A stretch of DNA of 44,737 nucleotides from positions 1 through 44,737 of the forward strand of contig JACPTJ010000360.1 in assembly GCA_016192835.1 (NCBI GenBank). Reading direction: 5' to 3'. Source of the stretch: Betaproteobacteria bacterium (GTDB taxonomy: Bacteria; Pseudomonadota; Gammaproteobacteria; Burkholderiales; SG8-41). How positions within the stretch are numbered: position 1 is the first letter of the stretch; each line of letters starts with the position of its first letter. The notes under the pieces were generated by a model. That model was not told the DNA's origin and ran no database searches. It saw nothing but the letters and a program-made list of their open reading frames with translations. The position numbers and the translations under genes were made by a program. Shown piece by piece: positions 42,987 to 44,737 of this stretch.

Positions 42987-44636
42987 TCAAACCAATGGAG
43001 CGGGTTGCTTGGGAAGATCCATCACGCGGGCCGTTTCGGTCCGCGTACGCGCAATGCGCAGTGACAGCACGATCAGCGGCAGCAGGCTGACCGCAACGAT
43101 CGCGAGCGCCGAGGTCGAAGCTTCGGCAAGCCGCTCGTCGACGGCCAGGTTGTAGGCCTGCACCGCCAGCGTGTCGAAATTGAACGGCCGCATCACGAAC
43201 GTCGCCGGCAGTTCTTTCATCACGTCGATGAACACCAGCAGGCCGGCGGTCAGCAGACTGCCCCGCATGAGCGGACCGTGCACCTTGAGCAGTGTGCCGA
43301 GCGGCCCGACACCGAGCGAACGCGCCGCCTCGTCCATGCTTGGAGTGATCCTGGTAAGCCCCGCCTCCACCGTCTGCAGCGCAACGGTCAGAAAGCGCAC
43401 CAGATAAGCATAGACCAGCGCCGTGATACTGCCGGTCAGCAGCAAGCCGGTGCTGATATCGAAATGCACGCGCATCCACGCGTCGACCGCGTTGTCGAGC
43501 CGCGCCACCGGCACCAGAATACCGATCGCGATCACCGCACCGGGTATCGCATAGCCGAGGCCAGCCAAGCGGTTGGCGGCGCGCGTGAGCGGCCCGGGGC
43601 TCAGCCGCAGCGCATAGGCCATCACCAGCGCCAGCATCACGCCCGCCAGCGCGGTCACGCCCGCCAACGTGAAGCTGTTGAGCGTGAGAGTCACGAAACG
43701 CGCACCGAACTGCGCGTCACCTTCGGTGAGCGCCATGCGCAGCAGCAGGCCGCTCGGCAAGGCGAAACCAAGCACCAGCGGCATGCAGCAAATCAGTACC
43801 GCGATGAAAGCAGGGGCACCGCGCAATTGATAACGCACCGGGCGCTTGCGGACGAACCCGAGCAGCAGCGCGGACAATTGCGCGGCAGCCACGCGATCGC
43901 CCAGCGACAGCCATGCGTGATAAATTCCGGTGGTAAAAGTCGGCACCGCAAAATAGGAAACCGTGCCGAAGTCGGCCAGCGTTTCCATCAGCGCGAGCGT
44001 GGTGCCGGCGGCGATTGCCGGGCGCGCCAGCGGCAGCGCGAGGCGGAAAAAACTGCTCCACGCCCCGTAGCCGAGCGTGCGCCCCACTTCGATGATGCCG
44101 ACCGATTGCTCGAGGAATGCAGCGCGCACCACCAGATAAACATAGGGATACAACACCAGTCCGAGCATCGCGATTGCGCCCTCGACCGAGCGGATCTCGG
44201 GAAACCAGTACTCGCGCGCCTGCCATCCGGTCAGCTCACGCAGCCAGGTTTGCAGCGGTCCGGAAAACTGCAGGAAATCGGTATAGGCGTAGGCCATGAT
44301 GTAGGCCGGCATCGCCAGCGGCAGGATCAGCGTCCATTCGAACAGGCGCTGACCGGGAAAACGGCACATCGTCACCAGCCACGCCGTCGCAACGCCGCCG
44401 AAAATCACCATCCCGCCGACACCTGCGAGCAGCCACAGCGTATTGGCGACGTACTCGGGCAGGACCGTGCCTGCCAGATGCGCCCACGTGCCCTCGCTCG
44501 GCATGAAGACATTGGCCAGCACCACGACCACCGGTACCGCAAGCAACACCGCGATTAGCGTGGTGATCGCGGCCAGCGCGCCAACGCGGCGCAGGCGAAG
44601 GGAGCGCCATGTCGAACTGGTATCGGATTCGATCAT
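42987..44636 (-). CDS. Fe(3+) ABC transporter permease (FbpB/FutB family), apparent in-frame deletion near 43850
   Basis: LYPYVYL..RAAF, METLADFGTV, GYAIPGAVIA.G, MDEAARSLG, KELPAT..MRPFNFDTLA. Confidence 0.92.
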   Translation of the reverse strand: MIESDTSSTWRSLRLRRVGALAAITTLIAVLLAVPVVVVLANVFMPSEGTWAHLAGTVLPEYVANTLWLLAGVGGMVIFGGVATAWLVTMCRFPGQRLFEWTLILPLAMPAYIMAYAYTDFLQFSGPLQTWLRELTGWQAREYWFPEIRSVEGAIAMLGLVLYPYVYLVVRAAFLEQSVGIIEVGRTLGYGAWSSFFRLALPLARPAIAAGTTLALMETLADFGTVSYFAVPTFTTGIYHAWLSLGDRVAAAQLSALLLGFVRKRPVRYQLRGAPAFIAVLICCMPLVLGFALPSGLLLRMALTEGDAQFGARFVTLTLNSFTLAGVTALAGVMLALVMAYALRLSPGPLTRAANRLAGLGYAIPGAVIAIGILVPVARLDNAVDAWMRVHFDISTGLLLTGSITALVYAYLVRFLTVALQTVEAGLTRITPSMDEAARSLGVGPLGTLLKVHGPLMRGSLLTAGLLVFIDVMKELPATFVMRPFNFDTLAVQAYNLAVDERLAEASTSALAIVAVSLLPLIVLSLRIARTRTETARVMDLPKQPAPLV

Positions 44637-44668
44637 AGTTGAGATTTACGTAACCGAGTGATACCCCA

Positions 44669-44708
44669 CCCTCACCCCAGCCCTCTCCCGCCCAAGCGGG
44701 AGAGGGGG
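44669..44708 (+). repeat. CCCTC...GAGGG palindromic repeat copy
   Basis: CCCTCACCCCAG-CCCTCTCCCGC-CCAA-GCGGGAGAGGG. Confidence 0.9.
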
Positions 44709-44715
44709 CGTTCCT

Positions 44716-44737
44716 CCCTCTCCCCCGGAAACGGGGG
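44716..44737. repeat. Second palindrome copy, truncated by window end
   Basis: CCCTCTCCCCCG-GAAA-CGGGGG...; same stem as 23684-23711. Confidence 0.8.

Overview
A GC-rich, mostly housekeeping segment of a betaproteobacterial chromosome, judged from gene content and order and probably from a metagenome-type assembly. From left to right: a small accessory block beyond the 3' end of tRNA-Pro(GGG), holding an edge-truncated aldehyde:ferredoxin oxidoreductase, a Bug/TctC binding protein, a NIPSNAP protein and a ketopantoate reductase-like protein; the tRNA-Val-thrS-infC-rpmI-rplT-pheS-pheT-ihfA-merR-tRNA-Pro cluster; an FGE-family gene; relA; an orphan exported protein; comEC; DUF2062 and an AlkA-like glycosylase; lolC/E-lolD; recJ-prfB-lysS; acetoacetate-CoA ligase; bamD, rluD and pgeF; a ZIP transporter; phaC-phaB-phaR-rimO without phaA; DUF1232; a DinG/YoaA helicase; an integron-integrase remnant with a cassette-like ORF; NlpC/P60; a patatin; and Fur-boxed Fe3+ ABC components. 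I see no complete novel multi-gene system. The most unusual signals are non-coding or semi-coding. (i) Three repeat types occur: a dispersed CCCTC...GAGGG palindrome, with one copy translated in frame inside RecJ; 7-8 bp GTGA-containing tandem arrays that overlap TGA stop codons, one forming an inverted pair around a palindrome copy; and a GTAG-type REP doublet. (ii) There is a decayed integron platform. (iii) Several clean internal deletions (relA, patatin, Fe permease, probably DUF1232) may be assembly gaps rather than biology.
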